Source of the DNA: Candidatus Moraniibacteriota bacterium
Lineage (GTDB): Bacteria > Patescibacteriota > Minisyncoccia > Moranbacterales > GWC2-37-73
Assembly: GCA_035390125.1 (NCBI GenBank)
Contig: DAOOTD010000002.1
Location: forward strand, 105,908 to 169,907
DNA length: 64,000 bases
Reading direction: 5' to 3'
Below the pieces are notes generated by a model, which saw nothing but the letters and a program-made list of their open reading frames with translations, was not told the origin of the DNA and did no database searches. Shown in pieces: positions 1 to 10,158 of this stretch. Each line of letters begins with the position of its first letter. Position 1 is the stretch's first letter. Position numbers and translations under genes: made by a program.

Positions 1-253
1 AAAACCGAGATGGTCATTATCCGGAACAAGCAATACTCTGGCAAATGCGCAGAGCAGTGTGCGAATTTCGCCGAAGGCAAATGCAATTCTTGCCTCGGTC
101 GTCGCACGAAAGACTTGACCAATGAGAACTTGTTGGCCAAGGGTGCAGTTGAAACAATCGGTTGCTGGAACTTTCGCAAGAAAGTCTAGCAGCTGACATA
201 GGGCAGAGCGATAAAATCATTCTGCCCTTTTCTTATATAAAAATTTTTTTATT

Positions 254-1075
254 TTATCCCCGAAGTTTTTTGATAAGTTCAATATCTTCTTTGACTTTTT
301 CATGTTCTGTTTCCAGAATCATGTCGATATTTTTTTCTTGAGCGAGCTTTACTATTTTTTGAAAAATTTCTGCGCCGATTTTTCCTTGGCCGATGTGTTC
401 GTGGCGATCTTTTTTAGAATTAAATTCTGTTATAGAATCATTGGCGTGGATAAGTTTGATATTTTCAAGTCCTATTTCAGTATTGATTTTTTTAATAGTG
501 TTTTCAAAATTATGCCAATCATAGCCGGACGCAAAAGAATGCTGTGTGTCGAGACATATGCCAACCAGTTTTGAATGATTTACTTTTTTAATTATTTTTG
601 CAATTTCTAAAAAAGAATCACCAATTATCTTTCCGGCACCAGCACTATTTTCAATTAAAAGTTTTGCAGATCCAGTATAGCCGTCCAAAGTTTTTTTGAG
701 CATTTCAATTATCTTTTCGCTTGCTTCATTTTCAGAAAGTTCGCCAGCGCTGCCTAGATGTGTCATGACATATTTTGCGCCTAAAAGAGAAGCACGCTCA
801 AGTTCATCACGCACAACACTCACGCTGCCATAGCGGATACGGTTATTGGCAGAAGCAAAATTAATATAATATGGAGTATGAACAACAACAGCTTTTAGCT
901 TATAGTTTTTAGCTTTTAACTTAAAGTCGCTGATAATTTCAGAAGTAAGTTTAGGGGCTGGTCCGCCCTGAGGAGAGCGGGTAAAAATCTGCATGGTCTC
1001 ACAGCCAAGATTATGTGCGCGCTCAGGTGCGTTTTGGATTCCGCCTGCAATAGAAACATGACAACCTATGTGCAT
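254..1075 (-). CDS. nfo: Endonuclease IV (AP endonuclease family 2)
   Basis: 273 aa; N-terminal MHIGCHVSIAGG plus conserved His/Glu/Asp metal-ligand pattern of the xylose-isomerase-like TIM barrel Nfo family; ATG start at 1075. Confidence 0.85.
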   Translation of the reverse strand: MHIGCHVSIAGGIQNAPERAHNLGCETMQIFTRSPQGGPAPKLTSEIISDFKLKAKNYKLKAVVVHTPYYINFASANNRIRYGSVSVVRDELERASLLGAKYVMTHLGSAGELSENEASEKIIEMLKKTLDGYTGSAKLLIENSAGAGKIIGDSFLEIAKIIKKVNHSKLVGICLDTQHSFASGYDWHNFENTIKKINTEIGLENIKLIHANDSITEFNSKKDRHEHIGQGKIGAEIFQKIVKLAQEKNIDMILETEHEKVKEDIELIKKLRG

Positions 1076-1146
1076 AGTATTTAGTAGCTATTTTTTAGTG
1101 TCTTGTATATATACAAAATACCACATACTAAATACAAGATACAATG

Positions 1147-2106
1147 CTAAACTATTTCCCAGCCATTCTCAGTTTCTACAATTTTTCCTTTAATTTCGAA
1201 ACCCGAAGCCAGCTTATGTCCGCCACCGCCAAAAAGATGAGCGATTTCAGAAACATTAATACCTTTATATTCCTCACTTCTGAGGCTGCCTTTTATAATC
1301 CCATCTTCTCGTTCTGAAAGAACCAGAGATAATTTTGTTCCTGGAACAGTATTTAAAATAGAAGCTACTTGCCCAATGTCTTCAGTTGTGGCATTGCATG
1401 ATTCAATATCTTCTTTTGTCAAAACAGTAGTTATAAGCCCATTGGCCGGATTTATTTTTGCTTTTTCAAAAGCACGTCCCCATAATTTTAAAGTGGATAA
1501 TTTTTTGTTGGCAAAAGTAGCTTTAATGATTTTCGGTACGGAAGCTCCTTTTTTTAATAAATCAGCGGAAATTTCCATGACTCGACTAGTTGTATTTGAA
1601 TGTTGAAAGTTACCCGTATCTGATAGGATCCCTACCATAAGAAAGGTGGCAATATTTTTTGAAATAATGATATTTTGGGAAATAAAATATTCATAAATTA
1701 TTTCGCAGACGGAAGAGCTTTTTGAATCTATAATCACAACATCTGCAGTTAGATTGATATCTGGATGGTGGTCTATTATAACTGTGACTGTGTTTTCATT
1801 AATTGATGAAAGAACTGATTGAAAACCACGTTCAACACTGTCGCAGCCAATAATAATATCATAAGATTTAAAATCTAGATGTTCAGGGAATTCAAATTTT
1901 TGTTCGGTCAGCATTTCTAGGAAGGAAGGGATAGGATCGAAACAGGCAATATCTGCGGTCTTGTTTAAAGAGGTGATATATTCTTTCATGGCCAAAACAG
2001 AACCCGAAGTATCTCCGTCAGGATTAGTATGCGCGAAAAGAAGAATTTTTTTAGAATTCTTTATTATATAGGAAAGGGTTTTAAATTCTGTGTCTAGGTT
2101 TTTCAT
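1147..2106 (-). CDS. nrnA: DHH/DHHA1 phosphoesterase (NrnA-like nanoRNase/pAp phosphatase)
   Basis: 319 aa; DHH motif (IIDHHPD), Asp-rich N-terminal metal site (NPDGDTSGS), C-terminal GGGGH DHHA1 motif. Confidence 0.75.
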   Translation of the reverse strand: MKNLDTEFKTLSYIIKNSKKILLFAHTNPDGDTSGSVLAMKEYITSLNKTADIACFDPIPSFLEMLTEQKFEFPEHLDFKSYDIIIGCDSVERGFQSVLSSINENTVTVIIDHHPDINLTADVVIIDSKSSSVCEIIYEYFISQNIIISKNIATFLMVGILSDTGNFQHSNTTSRVMEISADLLKKGASVPKIIKATFANKKLSTLKLWGRAFEKAKINPANGLITTVLTKEDIESCNATTEDIGQVASILNTVPGTKLSLVLSEREDGIIKGSLRSEEYKGINVSEIAHLFGGGGHKLASGFEIKGKIVETENGWEIV

Positions 2107-2188
2107 GGTAATTATGTAGATCCAAGAAATAAAAATCTTAAATCCGGAAGATTTAAGAAGTTATAAAGATACTTTTTGTTTTTTTATT

Positions 2189-2518
2189 CTATAAATTCAT
2201 CAGTATTTTTTCGATTTCATCAGCTTTTTCTTCAGTCGAATCCAAGTGAAAGGTTATTTTAGGAAGAGGACGCATAGCTAATTTTTTATTTAGTAAACCC
2301 TGGATGAAATAAATTTCTTTCGATAGGGTTTTCATTGCATATCCCCCTTCTTTATAGGGAAAAACGCTTACGAACACTTGAGTATATCGAAGATCGGGAG
2401 TTGTGTCAACTTTTGAAATAGTCAAAAAAAGCCCTGGCTTCAGGCTTAATTCTTTTAAGAATATTTCTCCCAAGTGGCGCTTTATAAGTTTGTTTACCTT
2501 TTGAATTCTTTCTGACAT
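2189..2518 (-). CDS. rbfA: Ribosome-binding factor A
   Basis: Size and sequence (…RIQKVNKLIKRHLGEIF…) fit RbfA. Sits immediately downstream of infB as in the canonical operon. The ORF track starts at a TTG (2551); the internal ATG at 2518 is more plausible. Confidence 0.75.
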   Translation of the reverse strand: MSERIQKVNKLIKRHLGEIFLKELSLKPGLFLTISKVDTTPDLRYTQVFVSVFPYKEGGYAMKTLSKEIYFIQGLLNKKLAMRPLPKITFHLDSTEEKADEIEKILMNL

Positions 2519-2551
2519 ATACCAATATAAATTATATTGCAAAATATCCAA

Positions 2552-4333
2552 CTAAATTGTTCTAGTTTTTTCTTCCTCAGCATAGGCTATCAATGTGTCC
2601 CCTTCTTTTATCTTGATATTCCCCTGAAAAACTATTCCACATTCATTGCCTTTGCCTACCTCATTAGTAACATTTTTATTTTGTTGTAAACCTTCAAGCT
2701 TTCCCTTGCCTATAATTTCACCTTCCCTTTTCACTTCGATCAAAGCTCCCTTGATTATTTTTCCATCATTAACTCTTCCTCCGACAATCATGTCATGTTT
2801 TCCTGTTTTAAAAACAGCTAATATGCTGACTGTACCAATGTCTGTGCGGACTATTTCTGGCGGTAGCATTTCAATAATCATCCTTTTAACCTCTTCTACC
2901 AGCTCATAGATTATTTTAAATGTTTTTATTTTCATGTCATTCATTTCAGCCAAGCGTTTAGCAACGGGAGTTGTTTCAACATTGAAACCAAGCACAAAAG
3001 CCTTAGACGGAGCTCCCATTTTTATGTCTGATTCGGTTATATTTCCAACTCCTGTTTCAATAAGATTTATTTTTATTTCCTCGACTTTTATAGTTGAGAG
3101 AATTTGTTCAATTGCTTCGAGGGAGCCCTGAACGTCTGATTTAATGATCAGGTTTAATTTTTGTTTTTCATCACTTTCTATAATGCGTGTCATTTTTTGC
3201 AAAACATTCTTTTCTTTCTGTCCAATTATTCCTTCTGAAAATTCTTTTGATTTGATGCGCGCAAGAGATTTTCCATCAACAACCTGAAGGACATCGTTGG
3301 TGTTGGGATTGCTATTAAGACCCATTATTGTTACTGGTGTTGATGGAGAAGCACTTGCAAGACTTTTTCCTGTGAAATCTTCCATTTTTCTTATGCGTCC
3401 ATAAGTCGTTCCAGCTGTTACATCTTGACCAACTTTTAATGTTCCTGTCTTGATAAGAACAGTGGCTACAGGTCCTTTCTGGGGGTCAAGGTTAGATTCT
3501 AGCACAATAGCCAATCCATTGCGTTTATCATCCGATTTGAAATCTTCAACTTCAGCTACAAGTAAAATCGAATCAAGCAATTCATCAATCCCTATGTTTT
3601 CTTTTGCACTTACATTTACGCTGATGATATCCCCGCCCCATTGTTCAATGAGAATTCCATTTTCAGCTAATTCCTGTTTTACGCGTTGTGGATTTGCCTC
3701 TGGCTTATCTATTTTATTTATAGCCACAACCGTAGGTATTTTCTTGTCCTTTAAGTATTCAATGACTTCCTTTGTTTGCGGTCTTACTCCATCATCTGCA
3801 GCGACAACTAAAACTGCTATATCCGCGATGCTTACTCCTCTTTCTCTCATTCCAGAAAATGCTTCATGGCCGGGAGTATCCACAAAAGTTATTATTTTGC
3901 CCTTTTTTTTGACCTGGTAAGCACTTATATGCTGAGTAATACCACCCGCTTCCCTGGCTGCAACACTGGCTTTACGAATGGTATCAAGTAGGGTTGTCTT
4001 CCCATGATCTACGTGTCCTAAAATAGTTACGATTGGAGGGCGTGGTCTGAGATTTTTTCCTGACTCCTTTTCTTTTTTGCATATATCTACAAGCTTTTCA
4101 ACATCTATTGCTTTGTTGTCAGAAATTTCTAGGTCAACTTCAGTTTCAAATCCTAGATCCTGAGCAATAATAGTTGCGGTATCGAAATCAATCTCTTCAT
4201 TTATAGTAGCTAGAATTTTATTTTTTAAAAGTTCTGTAATTATTTGAGAAACAGGCAAGTCTAAAAGCTCACTGAACTTTTTAACAGTAATACTTGCTGG
4301 AATCTTTATTATTTTTTTCTCTGATTGTTCCAT
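2552..4333 (-). CDS. infB: Translation initiation factor IF-2
   Basis: 593 aa; G-domain motifs GHVDHGKTTLLD, DTPGH, NKID; C-terminal beta-barrel domains; followed by rbfA. Confidence 0.95.
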   Translation of the reverse strand: MEQSEKKIIKIPASITVKKFSELLDLPVSQIITELLKNKILATINEEIDFDTATIIAQDLGFETEVDLEISDNKAIDVEKLVDICKKEKESGKNLRPRPPIVTILGHVDHGKTTLLDTIRKASVAAREAGGITQHISAYQVKKKGKIITFVDTPGHEAFSGMRERGVSIADIAVLVVAADDGVRPQTKEVIEYLKDKKIPTVVAINKIDKPEANPQRVKQELAENGILIEQWGGDIISVNVSAKENIGIDELLDSILLVAEVEDFKSDDKRNGLAIVLESNLDPQKGPVATVLIKTGTLKVGQDVTAGTTYGRIRKMEDFTGKSLASASPSTPVTIMGLNSNPNTNDVLQVVDGKSLARIKSKEFSEGIIGQKEKNVLQKMTRIIESDEKQKLNLIIKSDVQGSLEAIEQILSTIKVEEIKINLIETGVGNITESDIKMGAPSKAFVLGFNVETTPVAKRLAEMNDMKIKTFKIIYELVEEVKRMIIEMLPPEIVRTDIGTVSILAVFKTGKHDMIVGGRVNDGKIIKGALIEVKREGEIIGKGKLEGLQQNKNVTNEVGKGNECGIVFQGNIKIKEGDTLIAYAEEEKTRTI

Positions 4334-4348
4334 TGTTGAATATTAGAC

Positions 4349-4852
4349 TTACATTTTTATAGGTTTTAATGCTGTAGCTGTTTTTATAGCCTGCTTTTCT
4401 TCTTCAGTTAGTTTATACTTTTCTGAATCACCTTTTATTATGGGTTTTGAATAGATACGTGTGCCTTCCCTAGTATGCAGAGAAGAAATTACGATGCCTG
4501 AATTTTTTCCGTCTAACAGGGCTAAAGCGAAACTCTGGTCCCCGCCGATATCCTTGAATGGGTTAAAGCGTATAATTCCAATTTTATGTATGCTTTTTTG
4601 TCCCAAGGCGTATAATTTATTTGAAATTTCAAACAACTCCTGAATTTCTTTGTCTAGTGTGGAAATTTCTTTTGTTTGAGATAATAAAATAGACTCAAGG
4701 TCTTTTGCCTGTTTTCCTGAAAAAAATATTTCGAGATTTTTATTCGTTTTTCTAATTTTGATAAGTGCTATAATAACAAATATTAAGCTTAATAAAGCCA
4801 AAAAAGCTCCGGAAACAGAAATAATAGTTAAAATTTGTGGCGTTAGTATCAT
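4349..4852 (-). CDS. Hypothetical membrane-anchored protein (N-terminal TM helix, coiled-coil-like middle)
   Basis: 167 aa ORF, clean ATG. Hydrophobic N-terminus followed by a charged K/E-rich segment. Immediately upstream of infB where nusA/ylxR usually sit. No recognisable motif. Confidence 0.45.
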   Translation of the reverse strand: MILTPQILTIISVSGAFLALLSLIFVIIALIKIRKTNKNLEIFFSGKQAKDLESILLSQTKEISTLDKEIQELFEISNKLYALGQKSIHKIGIIRFNPFKDIGGDQSFALALLDGKNSGIVISSLHTREGTRIYSKPIIKGDSEKYKLTEEEKQAIKTATALKPIKM

Positions 4853-5446
4853 AAAAGCTTCATATAAGATACATGGCTTATTTTAGCATCTGTTTTGCTG
4901 GATGTAAAGAAAAAATGAGAGGGATAACCTTTGTGATTATCCCTCTAAATTTTTCTGCGTATCGTTACAGCCAAGGGGATTTAGCCCTTGGGAATGCATG
5001 TATAATGCACTCTAGATAAGAATATTTTCAAAGAGAAAAAATCTTATCTTAGATTTGGAGATCACCCCCTTTCATGCCAATTCTGTAACAATAAGAAGGA
5101 ACTAAAAATTAAAAAATTTTTCATAATAGTACCTCCTACTCAGTAATAACAAATCATTTTCCAGCAGTTCTTGTTTGTGCGAATTATTACCATTGTATAC
5201 CGCACATTAATTTTGTTCCGCATTCTCCCCCGGAAATGGGGATGATGTCTATCGTAATAATTTTGAATATTGCATTTCCTCCTTTCGAAAAATTTTTTAA
5301 TAACAATTTCTTTATTCTATTTTATATTTTTCAAGAAATACTGTCAAAATTTTTTATAAAAGCAGGCACTAAAAGCCTATTTCTATAAGTATCTGCAAAT
5401 ATCTTATGTAATAGAGGATTCTCGTTCTATGCTAGACTATGAAAAT

Positions 5447-5537
5447 TGGCGGAAGAGGTGAGATTCGAACTCACGAGAGCATTTCTGCTCCGCGGCTTTT
5501 CGAGAGCCGTGCCTTCAGCCAACTCGGCCACTCTTCC
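5447..5537 (-). tRNA. tRNA-Ser (anticodon CGA)
   Basis: Reverse complement reads GGAAGAG…GTTCGAATC…CTCTTCCGCCA. 7-bp acceptor stem, T-loop GTTCGAATC, anticodon stem CGGCT/AGCCG with loop CTCGAAA (anticodon CGA), long variable arm typical of Ser, encoded CCA. Confidence 0.85.
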
Positions 5538-5713
5538 TAATTTATTCGCTTTTTGAAATTTATTGCGGAGTATGCTTCTGGGGAAATAGCTTTCTCGCCA
5601 CATTTCAAATGCAGCTCATTGAGCTAATCCAGAAACTATGCCAGTTAGCGTATACATTTTGTCATTTTTTGTTTTTGTTGTAAACTATATATATAAAAAA
5701 AGATATAAAAAAT

Positions 5714-6268
5714 ATGGAATATAATAAAAATGAGTTAGGAAAATTTCTTGATCCTGGTGCGATTGTAAAACAGTTAGAAATAAAACGGGGCAGTATAGTA
5801 GCTGACTTTGGATGTGGTCCTGGATATTTTTCAATACCCTTTGCAAAAATAATAGGAGAAGATGGAAAAGTTTATGCGTTGGATGTTCTGCCTCAAGCAT
5901 TGGAGGCTGTTGCGGCTAAGGCGAAAAATTACGGAATTAACAATATTATAACCAGTCGCGTTAACCTGGAAAAAGAAAACGGATCGAAAATGGAAGCTAA
6001 TTCTCTAGATTGGGTTATTTTGAAAGATATGTTATTTCAAAATCAAAAAAAGGATATAATTATAAAAGAAGCATACAGAGTTCTTAAAAATAATGGTCAA
6101 ATAATGGTGGTTGAATGGAACCAGAATGACTCAACTGTTGGTCCTGAATCTGAATTAAGGATTGCTGAAAATGATTTGAAAAAAATGTTTTCAGATCATG
6201 GATTTTTAATAGGCAAAAACATTAATGCGGGAGATTTTCATTATGCATTTGTTGCAATAAAAAAATAA
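5714..6268 (+). CDS. Class I SAM-dependent methyltransferase
   Basis: 184 aa; motif I VADFGCGPGYFS, acidic motif II (YALDV), Rossmann-like order. Confidence 0.7.
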   Translation: MEYNKNELGKFLDPGAIVKQLEIKRGSIVADFGCGPGYFSIPFAKIIGEDGKVYALDVLPQALEAVAAKAKNYGINNIITSRVNLEKENGSKMEANSLDWVILKDMLFQNQKKDIIIKEAYRVLKNNGQIMVVEWNQNDSTVGPESELRIAENDLKKMFSDHGFLIGKNINAGDFHYAFVAIKK

Positions 6269-6313
6269 TTTATTTCCGGGTATTTATATAAGAAAATTTA
6301 ATGAATTACAAAT

Positions 6314-7762
6314 ATGGAAATAATAAAAAAATACAAAAAAAATAAAATGAAAATAGTAATGGCTTTTCTTTCTTTTGCTATGATACCATTTTTTTCCGGC
6401 TGCGGGAGTTCTTCGTCAGCCGGATATCTAGTTCCACTTGAAATATGGGGACCACTCGATGATTCATTGGTATATAGTGATATTGTAGACCAATATAAAA
6501 AAATAAATCCATATGCCGGTGAAATAAAATATAAAAAATTTAGCCAAGATACCTATAGAGACGAACTTATTGATGCACTTGCCAGCGGGCAAGGCCCCGA
6601 TATATTCATGATAAACAACTCATGGTTTCCGTATTTTGAGAATAAAACATACCCTGCGCCAGCGCATCTTGTTAGTGAAATTGATGTGCAAAACAATTTT
6701 CCCGATGTCGTTTCCTCGGATTTTGTAAGTAACAAGAAAGTATATGCAGTTCCGCTAAGCATAGATTCTCTGCAGATGTATTATAATAAGGATATGTTTA
6801 ATGCAGCAGGTATTTCTTATCCGCCTAGAACTTGGGATGAATTTAAAGAAGATGTTCGTATTCTTGTATCAATAGACAATAGCGGAAACATAGTCAGATC
6901 GGGAGCGGCAATTGGAACCGCTAAGAATGTAAACAGATTTTCAGATATTTTCAGTATGTTGCTATTACAGAATGGGGTCAAAATGCCCATGAAAAATGGT
7001 GATGCAATAAATTTTGATGAAGGAATAGTTGGGCCTGATGGAAAAGTTATAAAAGCAGGAGAAAAATCACTAGAAATGTATACACAATTTGCAAGAATAA
7101 ATAATCCTGACGGTACAACAAATCCTTTTTATACATGGAATTCACAGCAGGATAATTCGATAGAAGCATTCGCTTCTGGATCAACAGCCATGATGCTTAA
7201 CTACTCATGGCAGAATGACGGAATCAAGAATAAAAATTCCAAATTGAACTACTCGATAGCTCCTGTTCCGCAGGTAGATCCAAACAAGCCCATTACAATA
7301 GCAAATTACTGGGGATATGCAGTTTCTTTGAATAAAATACCTACCAATACATCTAGAAATAGTGCGCAAAAAACAGCAGTTGTTTCTAATGATGTGCGCG
7401 CTCATGAAGCATGGCAATTCTTGAAATTTTTGACTCTAAAAAATTCAGGTAAAGTTACGCTCTATAATGCAAACACAAAAAACAGCAAAGACTTCGCAGT
7501 AAATTTTGATCCAGCAAATAATTATCTGGAGAGAACTAAAAAACCTGCCGCGCGTCGTGATATAATTGAATCACAAAAAGCAGATGCGTTGCTTGGAACT
7601 TTTGCAACCGGAAACCTTATAGCAAAAAATTGGTACAAAAAAGACGCAAATGCTGTAGAATCGGTTTTTTTGGAGATGATAAATTCAGTTAACAGCGGCA
7701 AGGCTCTGGATGAAAGTTTATCCATAGCGAAGAATAGAATAAATCAAATGCCAATCAATTAA
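6314..7762 (+). CDS. Extracellular solute-binding lipoprotein (ABC transporter substrate-binding protein, family 1-like)
   Basis: 482 aa; lipoprotein signal (…FFSGCGSSS), size and aromatic-rich periplasmic binding-protein-like sequence. Confidence 0.65.
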   Translation: MEIIKKYKKNKMKIVMAFLSFAMIPFFSGCGSSSSAGYLVPLEIWGPLDDSLVYSDIVDQYKKINPYAGEIKYKKFSQDTYRDELIDALASGQGPDIFMINNSWFPYFENKTYPAPAHLVSEIDVQNNFPDVVSSDFVSNKKVYAVPLSIDSLQMYYNKDMFNAAGISYPPRTWDEFKEDVRILVSIDNSGNIVRSGAAIGTAKNVNRFSDIFSMLLLQNGVKMPMKNGDAINFDEGIVGPDGKVIKAGEKSLEMYTQFARINNPDGTTNPFYTWNSQQDNSIEAFASGSTAMMLNYSWQNDGIKNKNSKLNYSIAPVPQVDPNKPITIANYWGYAVSLNKIPTNTSRNSAQKTAVVSNDVRAHEAWQFLKFLTLKNSGKVTLYNANTKNSKDFAVNFDPANNYLERTKKPAARRDIIESQKADALLGTFATGNLIAKNWYKKDANAVESVFLEMINSVNSGKALDESLSIAKNRINQMPIN

Positions 7763-7767
7763 TTTTT

Positions 7768-8211
7768 ATGATCAGAAATAAAACAAAAACTATGGGTAAA
7801 ATATTATTTATTTGCATAACTTTTGTTTTTGCACTTTTTCTTTTGTTTTCACCTGTTGCACATGCAGCTATTATTACTTGCGGAGCAACCTCAGATGACA
7901 TGTGCACTTTGTGTGATATGGTTGCAGGATTCAATACTATTATCCAGTATCTAATGAAAATTTCAATCGGTGTTGCGCTGCTGGCCATATCCATAGGAGG
8001 GATTTTGTATGTTGTTTCTGCCGGTGAACCTGGAGCTGTTGAAACGGCAAAAAAAGCAATCAAAAACGGAATCATCGGATTTGTTATTGTTTTTTCAGCC
8101 TTTATTATAATCGGTACAGTGATAAGTTATTTAGGAGTACAGGAAGGAATGGGAATACGTTCAGGAGTAACCTGGGGGACATTTGACTGTACAGCAGCAG
8201 GTGTTCGATAG
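7768..8211 (+). CDS. VirB2/TrbC-like T4SS pilin-family protein (CPR-type pilin)
   Basis: Signal peptide (…SPVAHA), Cys-containing mature N-terminus, then TM helix – VSAGEPGAVETAKKAIKNG – TM helix. Same architecture as the paralogs at 8264, 24506, 24852, 25323 and 25730. Confidence 0.55.
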   Translation: MIRNKTKTMGKILFICITFVFALFLLFSPVAHAAIITCGATSDDMCTLCDMVAGFNTIIQYLMKISIGVALLAISIGGILYVVSAGEPGAVETAKKAIKNGIIGFVIVFSAFIIIGTVISYLGVQEGMGIRSGVTWGTFDCTAAGVR

Positions 8212-8263
8212 TAAACCAAAAAGTAATTTATCGTTAGATTTTATTAATAATTTTTTTAAAAAA

Positions 8264-8896
8264 ATGATAAAATTTAAAAAAAATAAACTATTTTTAATGG
8301 CCGTTTTTGTTTTTTTGGCAATGATTTTTTTAAACCCCGTTAACGTATTTGCAGAAGATGCGGTAGTGAACTTTACTAACCCTCTAGGAGATATTACTAC
8401 TCTAGAAGGACTTGTATCTAATTTACTGTCAGCCGTTCAAAAAATAATAGTCTCATTGGCTTTGGTTTTTATTGTGGTGGGTGCGATAATGGTCCTTGTT
8501 TCAGCGGGAAGTCCGGAAACTGTGGAAAAAGGGAAAAAAGCTATTACTATGGCAATAGTAGGTCTCACAATTGGAATTGCAGCCCCATCGATATTAAAAG
8601 AAATCGCGAATGCTGTCGGTTGGAATTGTCCTGAAGGAGCTACAGATTGTGGAACTCTTACTGATGCACTTAATTTTTCCGATATTGCACTAAATGTTCT
8701 TAGTTTTCTTTTAGGTATAGCGGGAATACTAGCCATGATAATGCTGGTCATTGGAGGTATCATGTATTTGACTTCTGCTGGAGATGAAGAAAGAGTAGAG
8801 CAGGGCAAGAAAACATTCAAGTATTCCGTAATCGGAATCATAGTCATTATGAGTTCCATGATAATAGTAAGACAAATTGCTAATCTTTTTTTATAA
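8264..8896 (+). CDS. Tandem double-domain VirB2/TrbC-like pilin
   Basis: Signal peptide (MIKFKKNKLFLMAVFVFLAMIFLNPVNVFA), then two consecutive pilin units (…VSAGSPETVEKGKKAITMAIVG… and …LTSAGDEERVEQGKKTFKYSVIG…). The ORF track begins at an upstream TTG (8183) overlapping the previous gene; the ATG at 8264 is preferred. Confidence 0.55.
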   Translation: MIKFKKNKLFLMAVFVFLAMIFLNPVNVFAEDAVVNFTNPLGDITTLEGLVSNLLSAVQKIIVSLALVFIVVGAIMVLVSAGSPETVEKGKKAITMAIVGLTIGIAAPSILKEIANAVGWNCPEGATDCGTLTDALNFSDIALNVLSFLLGIAGILAMIMLVIGGIMYLTSAGDEERVEQGKKTFKYSVIGIIVIMSSMIIVRQIANLFL

Positions 8897-8934
8897 TCAA
8901 ATTACGCCCTTAAAAAATAAAAAAGAAAAATAAA

Positions 8935-9387
8935 ATGCTTATAAATGTTCCACAATATATAGATGTCGAAGATAAAATTGCAGGTCCGCTCACAGCTAAG
9001 CAGCTGGGGTGGGTTATAGGGCTAGGCATTACTCTTTTGGTAATGTGGAATATGTTGCCTAAGGTTTTGTTTTTTATTATAGGCATACCACTGTCCATTG
9101 CATTTTTAGCCTTTGCTTTTTACAAGCCATATGGTCAGCCACTGGGTAATTTTGTCATTTTTGGGATACTATATTTTTTCCGTCCAAAAATATATTTCTG
9201 GCAAAGAACTCCTCAGAAAAATATTCCCAGCAAGCAAAAAACAAAAACTGAAGAGTCCCGTCCGCCAGAAAAAAAACTTGATACTGAATCAATAATGGAT
9301 TTAGCAAGGGTCATGGACAGCGGTGGTTCTGAACGCAATGAAAGGATAGAAGAACTTTTAAAAAACGTTCCAATTAAAAAGAAATAA
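8935..9387 (+). CDS. PrgI/VirB3-like small conjugation membrane protein
   Basis: 150 aa; N-terminal VPQYIDVEDKIAGPLTAKQ motif then two TM helices and a K/E-rich tail. Directly upstream of the VirB4-family ATPase, as PrgI precedes PrgJ in Gram-positive T4SS. Confidence 0.45.
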   Translation: MLINVPQYIDVEDKIAGPLTAKQLGWVIGLGITLLVMWNMLPKVLFFIIGIPLSIAFLAFAFYKPYGQPLGNFVIFGILYFFRPKIYFWQRTPQKNIPSKQKTKTEESRPPEKKLDTESIMDLARVMDSGGSERNERIEELLKNVPIKKK

Positions 9388-9397
9388 CAAAAAAACC

Positions 9398-10087
9398 ATG
9401 GAATTATTGCACTCAAAAAATCTAACCAAAGGAACTTCCGGAGGAGGAAGTACCCAAAAATATGTCGACGTTGAAGAAGTCCGTGATGGGGTAGTTATAC
9501 TGAAAGATGGATCTATGCGCTCAGTACTTTTGGTTTCTTCAATTAATTTTGACTTAAAAGCTACAGAAGAACAAGATTCTATTATTAATCAATATCAAAA
9601 CTTTCTTAATTCACTAGATTTTCCAATTCAAATAGTGATAAGTTCGCGTAAACTGAATATTGCTCCTTATTTGGAATATCTTAAAAAAAAGGAAACACAA
9701 CTGACTAATGAATTGCTGATTTTACAGCTGGAAGAATATCGTAACTTCATAAAAAGCCTTACCGATGTTTCAAGTATAATGTCTAAATTCTTTTATGTGG
9801 TGGTGCCTTTCTACCCAGTTGAAAATGTTAAAACAAGTGTTTTTGACAGATTTTTCGGAGCTGCAAATACCCAGATGTCTGCTATGCGGAGAAGAGAACT
9901 TTTTGAAACTTACAAAAATCAGCTTTGGCAAAGAATAGAACATGTCAGTTCTGGTTTAAGCAGTACTGGCGTAAAAGCTGTTCCGCTTAAAACTGAAGAG
10001 CTTATAGAACTTTTGTATAATTCATATAATGCTACGACACATAATAATGCAATAATAAGAGATGTAGACAAGATTGAACTCAAATAA
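9398..10087 (+). CDS. VirB4/TraC-family ATPase, N-terminal domain (separate ORF)
   Basis: 229 aa; sequence (…VDVEEVRDGVVILKDGSMRSVLLVSSINFDLKATEEQDSIINQYQNFLNSL…) resembles the N-terminal domain of Gram-positive VirB4 homologues (TcpF/PrgJ type). Ends 72 nt before the ATPase ORF in a different frame. Confidence 0.5.
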   Translation: MELLHSKNLTKGTSGGGSTQKYVDVEEVRDGVVILKDGSMRSVLLVSSINFDLKATEEQDSIINQYQNFLNSLDFPIQIVISSRKLNIAPYLEYLKKKETQLTNELLILQLEEYRNFIKSLTDVSSIMSKFFYVVVPFYPVENVKTSVFDRFFGAANTQMSAMRRRELFETYKNQLWQRIEHVSSGLSSTGVKAVPLKTEELIELLYNSYNATTHNNAIIRDVDKIELK

Positions 10088-10158
10088 AAAAATAATCCAA
10101 ATTAATTTAAAATAAGTAGCTTCTCAGAAAGAGATTCAAATCTTATTTAATACTATAA

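Noticed and set aside
17-220. 67-aa minus-strand ORF at the window edge
   Set aside because: Cys/Ser-rich junk-like translation. This region more likely belongs to a plus-strand gene truncated by the window start; no confident call is possible.
4853-5446. tmRNA or RNase P RNA in the long non-coding region next to tRNA-Ser
   Set aside because: I looked for the tRNA-like T-arm/CCA end of tmRNA and for the GGAAAGTCCGG / P4 signatures of RNase P on both strands and did not find them. Only generic hairpins are present.
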